Source of the DNA: a virus
Virus record (IMG/VR): IMGVR_UViG_3300042892_003815
Span: 64,001-128,000 of that record
Length of the DNA: 64,000 nt
Strand: one strand, 5' to 3'
Shown here: piece by piece, positions 28,355 through 38,070 of the stretch
Numbering within the stretch: position 1 is the first letter of the stretch
Layout: the number at the start of each line of letters is the position of its first letter
Made by a program: the position numbers and the translations under genes
The notes under the pieces: generated by a model
Seen by the model: only the letters and a program-made list of their open reading frames with translations
The model's database searches: none
Told to the model about the DNA's origin: nothing

Positions 28355-31321
28355 ATGTCAAAAATACAAATTTTTATTGATAATTTTGAGACACTCTCTT
28401 TAGCAAAACTTAACTTTTATACTGGTAAAGTAAGTGAATATAAAACTGCAAGAGCTTCTGCTATTGTAATAACCTTTAATAAAACTTGTTCTTGGCCCTA
28501 TAAGAATACTCCTGATAGTGATGGTGTTTACCGTTCAGATCCCAGTGTAAAAACAGTTGGTGATTTATTTAAGTTTATTTATCCGGATACAGAAGGTGGT
28601 AAAAGATTGTTACCTGGTGGAAATGATCCTACTAGTCTTGGTGATGTTTTTGCAGAGCTTAAGGATCAAGATACTGGTGCAAAACCACTGGAAGATATTC
28701 TAAGTAAAACATATGGTGCTTCAAATCAAGTAAAATTTCTTAATAATCTTAGAAAATATGGTGCACAAAAATGGTTTGATGCATTCATGTCATCCGCACT
28801 TAAATTTTTAAAAGATGAAAAAAAATCAACATCAGATTATAAAACTTCTGATGAATTTTCTGATGACTATAGTGATTTTATTTCAGAATTCGAATATAAT
28901 TATGGTGATATTGCAGATGTTTCAACAAGTTGGATTACTACACTTCCAATTCTTTATGATGCTTTTATTGAAGCAGGTGATAACTATCAAATACCGGCTG
29001 GTGTAGTAGCAGCAACTCAGTCAGGTACTCAATCTGGTACTCAATCCGGTACTCAATCTGCTACTCAATCTAGTGTTCCTAATGTTGAGTATAAAATATC
29101 AGTAAAAGATCCAAAGAGTGATAATGATAAAAAGATAGAAGGTACTCTTAAATTTTCTGAACAAGGAAAAGATAGAATAGCAAAATCAGTATTAAATAAC
29201 CTACCTAATCCATGGAAAAATCCAAAGACTGATAAACAAGTTGATAAAAATGGTACTATTTCATATGATGGTAGACCTCTTAATAATACAGGTAATTTAA
29301 GTGATACCATAATAGCAGATGATGCAATTAGAAATTTAGAAAATCTTATAGATTATTACTGGGGAATAGAATTAAAATTACAGTATACATCATCTGACAC
29401 TTCTTTAGTTTCAGGACCTGAGTCTGGTACTCAATCTGGTACTCAATCTGGTACTCAGTCTTCCGTACCTTTGACCGCAACTCAATCCGGTTTGACTCAA
29501 AGTACTTTTGATGCAACTGGTATAAAAATTAAACTACAAAAGAAAAGTGGTCCTGGTGAACTAATAGGTGAAGTAGAACAAACCGTTAAAGATGGTTTTG
29601 TAAATTTTGCAGGTATTCAATTTGACGCACCTGGTGATTACGTTATTTCAGTAATACCTGATTCAAATCTTGTAGAAACATCAGAGGTTACAATAAAAGT
29701 TTTAGCAGAAGATGATATTATTTCACAAGATAAATCAAGAGGTGGTGAACAAGAACCAAAAGATGTACAAGGAACTCGTCCAATAATTGCACAAATAGAC
29801 AAACCAACCGTTAAACTAAAACCTATTGAGTTTGATGCTTTACAAAATAATGGAGATAATAAAGAGGTTGCAGGTGCTCTTGGATTTACACCATTCTTTT
29901 GGTATTCAGGAGTTCAGATAGATCAACGATATATAAACTCATTAAATTTATATTATGAAGGTCTTGTACCAGTTGTATCTATTGTATTTGTTGATTCGAT
30001 GGGTGTTATGAAAAAAGATGGATTCCCACTTGATGATAGTAAATTTGAAATATTTTTAAACTCGGGATCAAAGAATATAAAGTCGATACATTTAAAGTTT
30101 AAACTAAAGAATTTCCAAGAAAATAAAAGTAAAACTTATACAATAGTTGGTACATTAGATCTTAAAGACTTTTATAAAATAAGATTTCAGAGTTATAAAG
30201 GAACTTCATTTGAGACTTTAAGAAACATATCTAAAGAATTAGAACTAGGATTTAATTCTAATATTACCAATACCTCAGATAGTATGAATTGGGTAAATAA
30301 TGGTAAATTATTTAGAACTTTTATCTCTGATATTATTTCACATTCATATATTTCAGATACAACATTTTTAATTGGATATGTAGACTTTTATTACTGTTTT
30401 AATTATGTAGATATTGAGAAAGAATGGAATAGAGATATATCAAATGATGTTGGTATAAATTCAAAAGGTCTAAATCACCTAAATACAAAAGATGAAAGTG
30501 AAAAAGTTATGAAGTTACAATTGAGTAATGATCTCAGTCAAAATAGTAGTGTATTCTTTTTTAATAAGTATAGAGTAAATAACAATTCAACACAAACCTC
30601 TATTAATAATGGTCATTTTACAGTATCAAAAGTTTATGATAGTATAAAAAAACAATTTTTGGTATTTGATGTTGATTCACAGACATCAGATGGTTCTAAA
30701 AGTATTATATTAAAGGGTGCTCCTTCAGATGATAAAAGTATTAAAGATAACTATCGTACAAGATATTCTGGTAAAATGGATACTGAAAATGTACACAAAC
30801 AATACTATTATTCTGAAACACAGAACAAAGTAAATTTTGATAATATGGCTAGAATTTCTGTTGATTTAGAGCTCCCTAATGCAAATTTCAATTTATATAA
30901 ATTTATGAAGATACAGTTAAACTTTGTAAATATGAAACCCTCTGTTACTAATGATGAGATCTCACAAAAGCGTTTAACAGGTGAGTGGGTTATTATTGAT
31001 ATATCATATACTTGGACACAAGGTAATTTAACTCAAAAAGTTACTGCTGTTAAAAAAGAGCTTAGTAAAACAGATGATGAGTTGAAAAAAGATGCAAATT
31101 CTACACCTGCAAATAAAGAAGTTAACACACAGAATAACGAAAACCCAGTAGTTCCAGGTCAAACACAACCTATATTATCAACTGCAGTACCACCGAATAG
31201 TGTTTATAAAGTAGGCCAGGTATATCTTGTTCAAAATAATTCTGGTAAAACTTTTAAATTGACAATTACTGAGGTTTCTGAAAATGGTAAAGAAGTGAAA
31301 GCAACTATAAAAAATATTTAA
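28355..31321 (+). CDS. baseplate hub/tail-associated protein
   Basis: C-terminal half fits a contractile-tail hub pattern (VSIVFVDSMG...LTGEWVIIDISYTW..GNLTQKVTAVK); TQSG repeats; upstream of a gp5-like gene. Confidence 0.55.
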   Translation: MSKIQIFIDNFETLSLAKLNFYTGKVSEYKTARASAIVITFNKTCSWPYKNTPDSDGVYRSDPSVKTVGDLFKFIYPDTEGGKRLLPGGNDPTSLGDVFAELKDQDTGAKPLEDILSKTYGASNQVKFLNNLRKYGAQKWFDAFMSSALKFLKDEKKSTSDYKTSDEFSDDYSDFISEFEYNYGDIADVSTSWITTLPILYDAFIEAGDNYQIPAGVVAATQSGTQSGTQSGTQSATQSSVPNVEYKISVKDPKSDNDKKIEGTLKFSEQGKDRIAKSVLNNLPNPWKNPKTDKQVDKNGTISYDGRPLNNTGNLSDTIIADDAIRNLENLIDYYWGIELKLQYTSSDTSLVSGPESGTQSGTQSGTQSSVPLTATQSGLTQSTFDATGIKIKLQKKSGPGELIGEVEQTVKDGFVNFAGIQFDAPGDYVISVIPDSNLVETSEVTIKVLAEDDIISQDKSRGGEQEPKDVQGTRPIIAQIDKPTVKLKPIEFDALQNNGDNKEVAGALGFTPFFWYSGVQIDQRYINSLNLYYEGLVPVVSIVFVDSMGVMKKDGFPLDDSKFEIFLNSGSKNIKSIHLKFKLKNFQENKSKTYTIVGTLDLKDFYKIRFQSYKGTSFETLRNISKELELGFNSNITNTSDSMNWVNNGKLFRTFISDIISHSYISDTTFLIGYVDFYYCFNYVDIEKEWNRDISNDVGINSKGLNHLNTKDESEKVMKLQLSNDLSQNSSVFFFNKYRVNNNSTQTSINNGHFTVSKVYDSIKKQFLVFDVDSQTSDGSKSIILKGAPSDDKSIKDNYRTRYSGKMDTENVHKQYYYSETQNKVNFDNMARISVDLELPNANFNLYKFMKIQLNFVNMKPSVTNDEISQKRLTGEWVIIDISYTWTQGNLTQKVTAVKKELSKTDDELKKDANSTPANKEVNTQNNENPVVPGQTQPILSTAVPPNSVYKVGQVYLVQNNSGKTFKLTITEVSENGKEVKATIKNI
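29024..29460. repeat. two clusters of 12-nt GGTACTCAATCT-like repeats (TQSG)n
   Basis: Clusters at ~29024-29070 and ~29425-29460. Confidence 0.85.
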
Positions 31322-31327
31322 TGAATA

Positions 31328-33475
31328 ATGTCAAAGATACAAGAGTTTATTGATGCATGGAATACTGCAGTAGATGTAGAGATAGCAGCTGCCCAAAGTG
31401 AGATAGATGCTTACTTAGCAGCTAGACAAACCGCAATTGCACTTACTGATCCCTTTACATTAAAGATGCCTAAAATGAGAGTTTTTGGTATCTCTGATAG
31501 TTTTACAATAGACGGATTTGATGTAACAACATTGGGTCAACTATTTGACTGGTCTTATCCTGCAAATGGACCTAAAAACTATAGTATTGAATATACTAAT
31601 TACAGGTCAAAACCTGAGATTGTAGAAGACTATGTCGATAGAAGGTCTGATGGGGATGGTAATACAATATCTCCAACTTCTTTATATACCGAAGGATATA
31701 CTTACGCAACTATGTCATACTTGGCAGAACAATATGAAACAGGTCTTAGAACACGCCAGGATTTATACAATATATTAAAATTTAAAGATTCTAGCTTTGT
31801 CAAATTAGAGGCATCAAAAAAACTAAAAAACTTAGGAGGTAAAGCTTGGTTTGATTCTTGGATGCATTCTCTATATAGAGTTATATATAATACAAAAATA
31901 TCTGTATCAAATTTAAAATATAAGGACTACTCTGATATTTTTATGAGAATTGAAGATGAGTTAAGAGATGACTACTTAAAAGGTTATTATGATGAAGGTA
32001 CCCGTCTTCCTCTAGGTACTGGTGAACAATCTAAATACTTTCTGGCAGTTTTAGAAGCAGGTGATAATTTCTTCCCATCTCAAACTTCTGCAACACAGTC
32101 TGGAACACAATCGGATGTAAACACTGATTATATATTGAGTGTAATAAACCCATTGAGTGATATAGAAAAGAAAATTGAAGGTAAAATAGTTTTTATTGAA
32201 GCTGGTAATTATATAATTCCTAATAGCACATTAAATGGATTACCGAATCCTTGGACAAATCCAAAAACTAACGTAGTAGTACCAAATAATACCGGAACTA
32301 TTACATTTAATGGTGGTAAAAGTACTTCATCTAAAAACAACCTTGCAACTGATGCAATTCTTGCGTTACAAAACATAATTGAGGGTACTTATGGTTTAGC
32401 AATTTATCTTAAATATACAGAACCAGCTGGACCTCCAGTAGTACCACCAAGTGATGCACCAACAGGTTCTTCTGCAAGTACTGTGACCGGTGCATCAGAA
32501 AGTTCAATTCCCGGTGCAACTGCTAGTACAGTAGGAACACAAGAATTCACTTTTAATGTAGAACAATTAGATATATTCTCAAATGCAGACTTTGGTAATT
32601 TATTTATTATTGGACAAGAAGATGAGACTTTATTATATGATGATGGAACAGATATTTATGGTAGTGAATATCTTGAGGATGAGTTTTCAGGATCTGATGA
32701 AATTTCTGCGGAATTAATACAGGAAGATAATATAAATATTGAGGCATTGAATGACATCAAAGGATTTAATCCTGAGAGTCCAGATCCTGCTCTATCAACG
32801 GATGTTGGTTCACCATATCCAATACCTAAAAATAAACAAGCAAACATTGACGCTATTGTGGCCGCAATGAAGAAAAAAGGAGTAACAAATAAATTTGCAC
32901 AAGCCGCAATACTTGCAATTGTTAGTAAAGAGAGTGCCTTTGTTCCTCAAAATGAGGCATCATATGCAAAAACATCTGCAAGTAGAATAAAGTCTATATT
33001 TTCTAAATTTAGAAAATATAGTGACTCAGAAGTTGATAGAATCAAAAAAATACCTAAAGAATTTTTTGACATAATATACGGTGGTAAATATGGAAATGCT
33101 ACGAATGAAGGATATAAATATAGAGGAAGAGGATTTAATCAATTGACATTTAAGGCTGGTTACGAAGAAGCACAAAAAAAGACAGGACACAAAATAGTAA
33201 CAGATCCTGATTTAGTTAATACAATACAAGTTGCCTCGGATTGTCTTGTTGTATATTTTCTACAAAGAATGGCCGAGATGCCAAGTAAATTTAAAACTCA
33301 GTATAATTTCTCAGGTAATATTAATGATTTTAAAACACTGAATGATGCAACTGGTGCAATTTATCATGCAAATGCTGGTTGGGGTAATTCTTATAGTCTT
33401 CTTGTTGCAGATTCAACTGGTGGTAGAAAAAAGGCATTTTCGGCAGCACCAAGTCTTTATAAAAATTTAGCATAA
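31328..33475 (+). CDS. virion-associated GH19-like lytic enzyme
   Basis: C-terminal AAILAIVSKES...YGG..GN....GYKYRGRGFNQLT; N-terminal half paralogous to the upstream gene. Confidence 0.75.
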   Translation: MSKIQEFIDAWNTAVDVEIAAAQSEIDAYLAARQTAIALTDPFTLKMPKMRVFGISDSFTIDGFDVTTLGQLFDWSYPANGPKNYSIEYTNYRSKPEIVEDYVDRRSDGDGNTISPTSLYTEGYTYATMSYLAEQYETGLRTRQDLYNILKFKDSSFVKLEASKKLKNLGGKAWFDSWMHSLYRVIYNTKISVSNLKYKDYSDIFMRIEDELRDDYLKGYYDEGTRLPLGTGEQSKYFLAVLEAGDNFFPSQTSATQSGTQSDVNTDYILSVINPLSDIEKKIEGKIVFIEAGNYIIPNSTLNGLPNPWTNPKTNVVVPNNTGTITFNGGKSTSSKNNLATDAILALQNIIEGTYGLAIYLKYTEPAGPPVVPPSDAPTGSSASTVTGASESSIPGATASTVGTQEFTFNVEQLDIFSNADFGNLFIIGQEDETLLYDDGTDIYGSEYLEDEFSGSDEISAELIQEDNINIEALNDIKGFNPESPDPALSTDVGSPYPIPKNKQANIDAIVAAMKKKGVTNKFAQAAILAIVSKESAFVPQNEASYAKTSASRIKSIFSKFRKYSDSEVDRIKKIPKEFFDIIYGGKYGNATNEGYKYRGRGFNQLTFKAGYEEAQKKTGHKIVTDPDLVNTIQVASDCLVVYFLQRMAEMPSKFKTQYNFSGNINDFKTLNDATGAIYHANAGWGNSYSLLVADSTGGRKKAFSAAPSLYKNLA

Positions 33476-33534
33476 AGATATAGTCTAATAAGAACTAAGA
33501 TTATTTATATATAATACAAATATAATTTAACCTA

Positions 33535-35769
33535 ATGGATCTAAGTAAACTTTCTACTTCTACAAGTGCCGAATCAATTGTTGGGGCTCCTCCGAAATAC
33601 TCGTATAAAGCAGGAACTTATACTATTTTTAATAAAGAGACTGGACAAATTGAAACAGTTGATCTTAATAGAATTAGAGGTGATTTAAGATCAAACATTG
33701 ATAATATTATTAAAAATGGGACTCCTTGGCCACAAGCAAGCATTGATAAAGGATTTTTATCTCCATATTTTATAGGACCTAGTAAAGATTTTAGATATGG
33801 TAGTACACCAAAATCAACTGAACAATATACTAGTGGTAATACCGATACCACTAATCCTGAAAATAACTTAGAAGCCACTCCTGATACAGTAAATCAGCTT
33901 AAGATAGGTGAGTATGAGTATGTTGATTGGTTGGGACAACTAATAAAACCAGGTGCAAATTCTACTATTTTAGATACTGATGAGAGATTTAGTGAGAGTA
34001 AAAATTTACCAAAAAACTCAAGAGATCTAAAATCATCTCCTTATAGTACACGTGATCATTACTTATTATTTAACGATACAAGAACTGACTATTTCAAACA
34101 TGGTTTACAAATAATTGATAATTTAACTCCGATTGAAAATCCAGAAAATGGTAAATCAGAATTACGTTTATCACAATTTCAACAAACACCTTTTGAAAAT
34201 AACGATCCTGTTATGTTTGGATTTGAGATTATAATAGATGATATATCTTCTCCATTATTAAATGGATCAGTACTTGACTTTCTAAAGATATATAGTGGAG
34301 TTGATGAGATAAAATATAAAATTCCTGTTTACGAGGACTTCAAACAACAATTTGTGAAATTATTTAGAACTAAAACTACGGTAAATATAAATGACGAACA
34401 AATATCAATTAGTAAAACCAAACCTGGTTATGCAAATACTGATAGTTCTAAGGATCTTTTTAGAGGAGGTAAAACATCATATATGAGTTACTATCTTAAA
34501 AAAATTGGTGGATTAGATAATCTAATAGAATCAAATACTACCGATAAGAAAAAATTCCTAGTTGATTATAGAACCGATTTCATTACTCTTGATTTTAATG
34601 AGGATGTTTCACTAACAATGGGTACTTTGGCACATTTATATAAATTACTATATTGGTCTAAACCAAATGGTAAAAACTTAGTACCTGAAAATCTACTAAG
34701 ATTTAACTGTGATATTATAGTTTCTGAATGTAGAAATTTTAATAGAGTTAGAAAAGCAATAGATGGTGGTAATCTTGAAGTAATTAAAGATAACTTATCT
34801 AGATATGTTTATTCATTAAAGGAATGTCAGTTATTTTTTAATACAATGCCACATGGTGCTGATGTTGATATGTCTAATATCGCTACATATGATAATTATA
34901 GTATTCAATTTGATTATAAATACTCTACCGTTAAGTTTGAAAGATTTATGCCATCTGCCAATTTTGGTAAATATATTGGTTATGATGGTGGTGCTATTTG
35001 GAAAATAGGTAATCCTGGTGCAAGAGTGCAAAGAGGTGGTACACAATCAACTACTAGTGATACTTCTATACCTAGATTTTTTACATCGGGTACTAATACA
35101 ACTAATGACAATGGAGTTAAATCACCTGCAATATTAAATAGATTAGGTGTTAATCTACCAGATAATCCGTTAGGATTTACAACTGATGAGAAAGTAGGTG
35201 ATTTAGAAGCAACTGCTGCCGAAAATAATTTTGACTTAGATAAATTTAAAAGATATGCTAAAGATCAAACTGCGATCAGTGCAGATCTAAGTAAATTAGT
35301 TAAAGAGCAAAATCAAAAATTAGAGTTATTAAATAATCCTAAAACAGTATTAAAAACTACAGCAGAATCTACAATAAAGAACTTTGCTGAGAAAAATAAA
35401 ACAATCGGAGTACCAACATCTCTTAAAGAACTAACAAACAAAAAAGCAGATACTAATCTTGGTAACTTTATTGAAAGATTAAAAGATAAAACTGTAAAAA
35501 GTGCTAGACAAGAACTATCAATATTAGTAAATGGAAGAGTTAGTTTATTGTCAAGAACAATAAATAAACTTTTAATTGATTTTGTTGGTAAAAAAGGAAT
35601 TAGTCCACCTCAAAATATTTATACGGGTCCACAAGATCCAATGGGTATTGCATTGACAAACACAACTGATAGATTCTTCTATGATATTAGAAATGAATTA
35701 GCAAACTTTGCGGGTGGTGCAATTAGTAATGTCTTAAATGGTGGTATTAGTAGTTTTACTAGAAGATAA
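33535..35769 (+). CDS. putative baseplate/tail structural protein
   Basis: 744 aa within the baseplate block; no catalytic motifs. Confidence 0.5.
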   Translation: MDLSKLSTSTSAESIVGAPPKYSYKAGTYTIFNKETGQIETVDLNRIRGDLRSNIDNIIKNGTPWPQASIDKGFLSPYFIGPSKDFRYGSTPKSTEQYTSGNTDTTNPENNLEATPDTVNQLKIGEYEYVDWLGQLIKPGANSTILDTDERFSESKNLPKNSRDLKSSPYSTRDHYLLFNDTRTDYFKHGLQIIDNLTPIENPENGKSELRLSQFQQTPFENNDPVMFGFEIIIDDISSPLLNGSVLDFLKIYSGVDEIKYKIPVYEDFKQQFVKLFRTKTTVNINDEQISISKTKPGYANTDSSKDLFRGGKTSYMSYYLKKIGGLDNLIESNTTDKKKFLVDYRTDFITLDFNEDVSLTMGTLAHLYKLLYWSKPNGKNLVPENLLRFNCDIIVSECRNFNRVRKAIDGGNLEVIKDNLSRYVYSLKECQLFFNTMPHGADVDMSNIATYDNYSIQFDYKYSTVKFERFMPSANFGKYIGYDGGAIWKIGNPGARVQRGGTQSTTSDTSIPRFFTSGTNTTNDNGVKSPAILNRLGVNLPDNPLGFTTDEKVGDLEATAAENNFDLDKFKRYAKDQTAISADLSKLVKEQNQKLELLNNPKTVLKTTAESTIKNFAEKNKTIGVPTSLKELTNKKADTNLGNFIERLKDKTVKSARQELSILVNGRVSLLSRTINKLLIDFVGKKGISPPQNIYTGPQDPMGIALTNTTDRFFYDIRNELANFAGGAISNVLNGGISSFTRR

Positions 35770-35782
35770 TAATTTATAAGTT

Positions 35783-37723
35783 ATGAAAGTAGAAGCAAAT
35801 AAAACATATATTGGTGTTGTTGAAGATAATAACGACCCTTTAAAAATTGGTCGTGTTAAAGTTAGAGTTCTAGATGTCTTTGATGATATTGAAGTAAGTG
35901 CTATTCCATGGGCCAGTCCTTGGAAAGATCTTAATGGTAATCAGTTTAATGTACCTGAGAAAGGTAAAGTACTTTTAGTTGTATTTGACTCAGGTGATGA
36001 ACACAAACCAGAGTTCATCTCAGCAGATCACTATAATGTAAATTTGGAAAAGAAGCTAACATCATTATCTACAACTGATTATGTTTCTATGAAGTCACTT
36101 ATATTTGATCATAAGACTCAAATATATGTAAATGATAAAGAAGGTCTAAAAATAGACTATAAGTATAATAATATCAATATTACAGAAAATACGATTGATC
36201 TTAATCTAAAAGACAATAATAGACATGTAAATATCGGAGATGCAACCGCTGGACAACAAGCAATTTTAGGAAATCACTGGATGGACTGGTTTGACGAGTT
36301 TGTTGATAATTTAATGGGTGATAAAGGTGGTCCTTACTTAGGTAATTTAGGTGCTCCAGTTGTTACTAACCCTGCTATGATACAAGTTTTAATGAAGTAT
36401 AAACAATTAAGAGATCCGGTTTTTTTATCTCACCACGTAAATATTGTAGATAATAATAAAGTTTCAACTGTTAAAAATACTAGTAGAGAAGATACACCAC
36501 AAGTTGGTGATGCTTGGAATTCTACAAAGAAAGATAATGATTTAACTTCTAAAACTAATGAAAATTTTAAACCAGTGGATGGGCCTAAACCAGAGTATAA
36601 TGATAAACATGTGGAACCTGCAACTACCCCTGCTGCTACCCCTGCTGCTACCCCTACAACTGCTGGTGCAACCACGAGTACTACCAATGGTGTTACTACC
36701 AATGGTGTTACTACAGGTGCAACCACGAGTACTACCAATGGTACAACAAATGCTATAAATACTAATCCACCTGCAGAGCCATTATCATCACCAACATCTA
36801 ATCCAAAAATAGATACTCTACTTAATTTCTTAAAATCTAAGAAATATAGAACTTATGATCAAATAGGTGTATTAAATATTGTTGCATTCCAATCAAGTAA
36901 AAAGGATAATGGAAGTATTTCAAATAAATTTGATGATATATTAAATGTATTTTATAAAAACCAAAATGGTAATTGGGAGTTATTAGAATATCAAATTACA
37001 ACAATGCCTGGTTATTTTCCAAAAACTGAATTATTACCAGAGGGCGTTGGTCTATTAGCATTAGGTCAATATGCAGATTTGTGTAGATTGGATAATTATG
37101 TATCCGATCCTACTACAACTCCAGTTAAAACTGATAAATGTATAAAGGTTGATGAAGCAACTATACATATAAATGACTCCACAAAGATTTATAATTATAA
37201 ATCAGAGAAAATAAATGTAAAATCAATTGTTTTAATTCATAAGTCAAGTGATGTGGGTTCTGCAGAAAATGTATTTAACTATTCTGGTGGTGCACAAGTA
37301 TTTAAAACAGTATCACAATGGGAACAGTTTGTAACATTATGTGAGAATCAAATTAGTATTGCTAAAAAAGATACATTTACTTATACTTTTTGTAAACAAA
37401 GTGAGTTTGATAATTTTGTTCCAACAAGTGAAACTGTTACATCTACACCAACAGTTGTGGCAACTAATACAACAAGCCCTTTATTAGATTGGTCTGCAGG
37501 TAAAATGGTTAGTAAAGATTTATATATTGATAATGATATAAAAGTTGAATATATAATTACTCAAGATACTAAGGTAGGTACTTATCAAGGTGTTTTAAGT
37601 TCTACAAATGGTCGAGATCTGAAAGGTGAAACTTATATAGATACTAATTTAGAACTATTACAAAAGACTTTAAAAGAGGAAGCACAAAAGGATTTTGATC
37701 AGTTAAAATCAGAAAGAGGTTAA
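35783..37723 (+). CDS. gp5/VgrG-like baseplate spike protein
   Basis: N-terminal OB fold YIGVVEDNNDPLKIGRVKVRV...IPWASP; Thr-rich linker; degenerate L,D-transpeptidase-like domain. Confidence 0.8.
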   Translation: MKVEANKTYIGVVEDNNDPLKIGRVKVRVLDVFDDIEVSAIPWASPWKDLNGNQFNVPEKGKVLLVVFDSGDEHKPEFISADHYNVNLEKKLTSLSTTDYVSMKSLIFDHKTQIYVNDKEGLKIDYKYNNINITENTIDLNLKDNNRHVNIGDATAGQQAILGNHWMDWFDEFVDNLMGDKGGPYLGNLGAPVVTNPAMIQVLMKYKQLRDPVFLSHHVNIVDNNKVSTVKNTSREDTPQVGDAWNSTKKDNDLTSKTNENFKPVDGPKPEYNDKHVEPATTPAATPAATPTTAGATTSTTNGVTTNGVTTGATTSTTNGTTNAINTNPPAEPLSSPTSNPKIDTLLNFLKSKKYRTYDQIGVLNIVAFQSSKKDNGSISNKFDDILNVFYKNQNGNWELLEYQITTMPGYFPKTELLPEGVGLLALGQYADLCRLDNYVSDPTTTPVKTDKCIKVDEATIHINDSTKIYNYKSEKINVKSIVLIHKSSDVGSAENVFNYSGGAQVFKTVSQWEQFVTLCENQISIAKKDTFTYTFCKQSEFDNFVPTSETVTSTPTVVATNTTSPLLDWSAGKMVSKDLYIDNDIKVEYIITQDTKVGTYQGVLSSTNGRDLKGETYIDTNLELLQKTLKEEAQKDFDQLKSERG

Positions 37724-37770
37724 AAATAATATTTCATATTTAATATATAAATAAAAAATAATATTTTATC

Positions 37771-38037
37771 ATGACAAATCCACAATACTTAGTTAATATC
37801 TCTTACGTACCAATGTATAGAGATGGTTCGGTTGGAGTATATGCAACACAATCAAATGGTAGTAGTTTATTAGTTAGTCAATCAATTGTTTATTCTGGTG
37901 GTTACTTTCAAGCAAGTATGCCGGAAGTTAAAATCTATGCAACAGGTTCTTCTTATGCAAGTGCATTAAATAACTTAATGATTATTGCAACTTCATCTTC
38001 AACACCTAATAATGGTATGGAACCTATCGGTCAATAA
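37771..38037 (+). CDS. small hypothetical (probably structural) protein
   Basis: 88 aa, TAATATATA at 37741-37749. Confidence 0.65.
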   Translation: MTNPQYLVNISYVPMYRDGSVGVYATQSNGSSLLVSQSIVYSGGYFQASMPEVKIYATGSSYASALNNLMIIATSSSTPNNGMEPIGQ

Positions 38038-38041
38038 AAAT

Positions 38042-38070
38042 AAAAACCTCTTTTTAAAAGAGGTTTTTTT
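38042..38070. terminator. bidirectional terminator
   Basis: AAAAACCTCTTTT/AAAAGAGGTTTTT. Confidence 0.8.
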
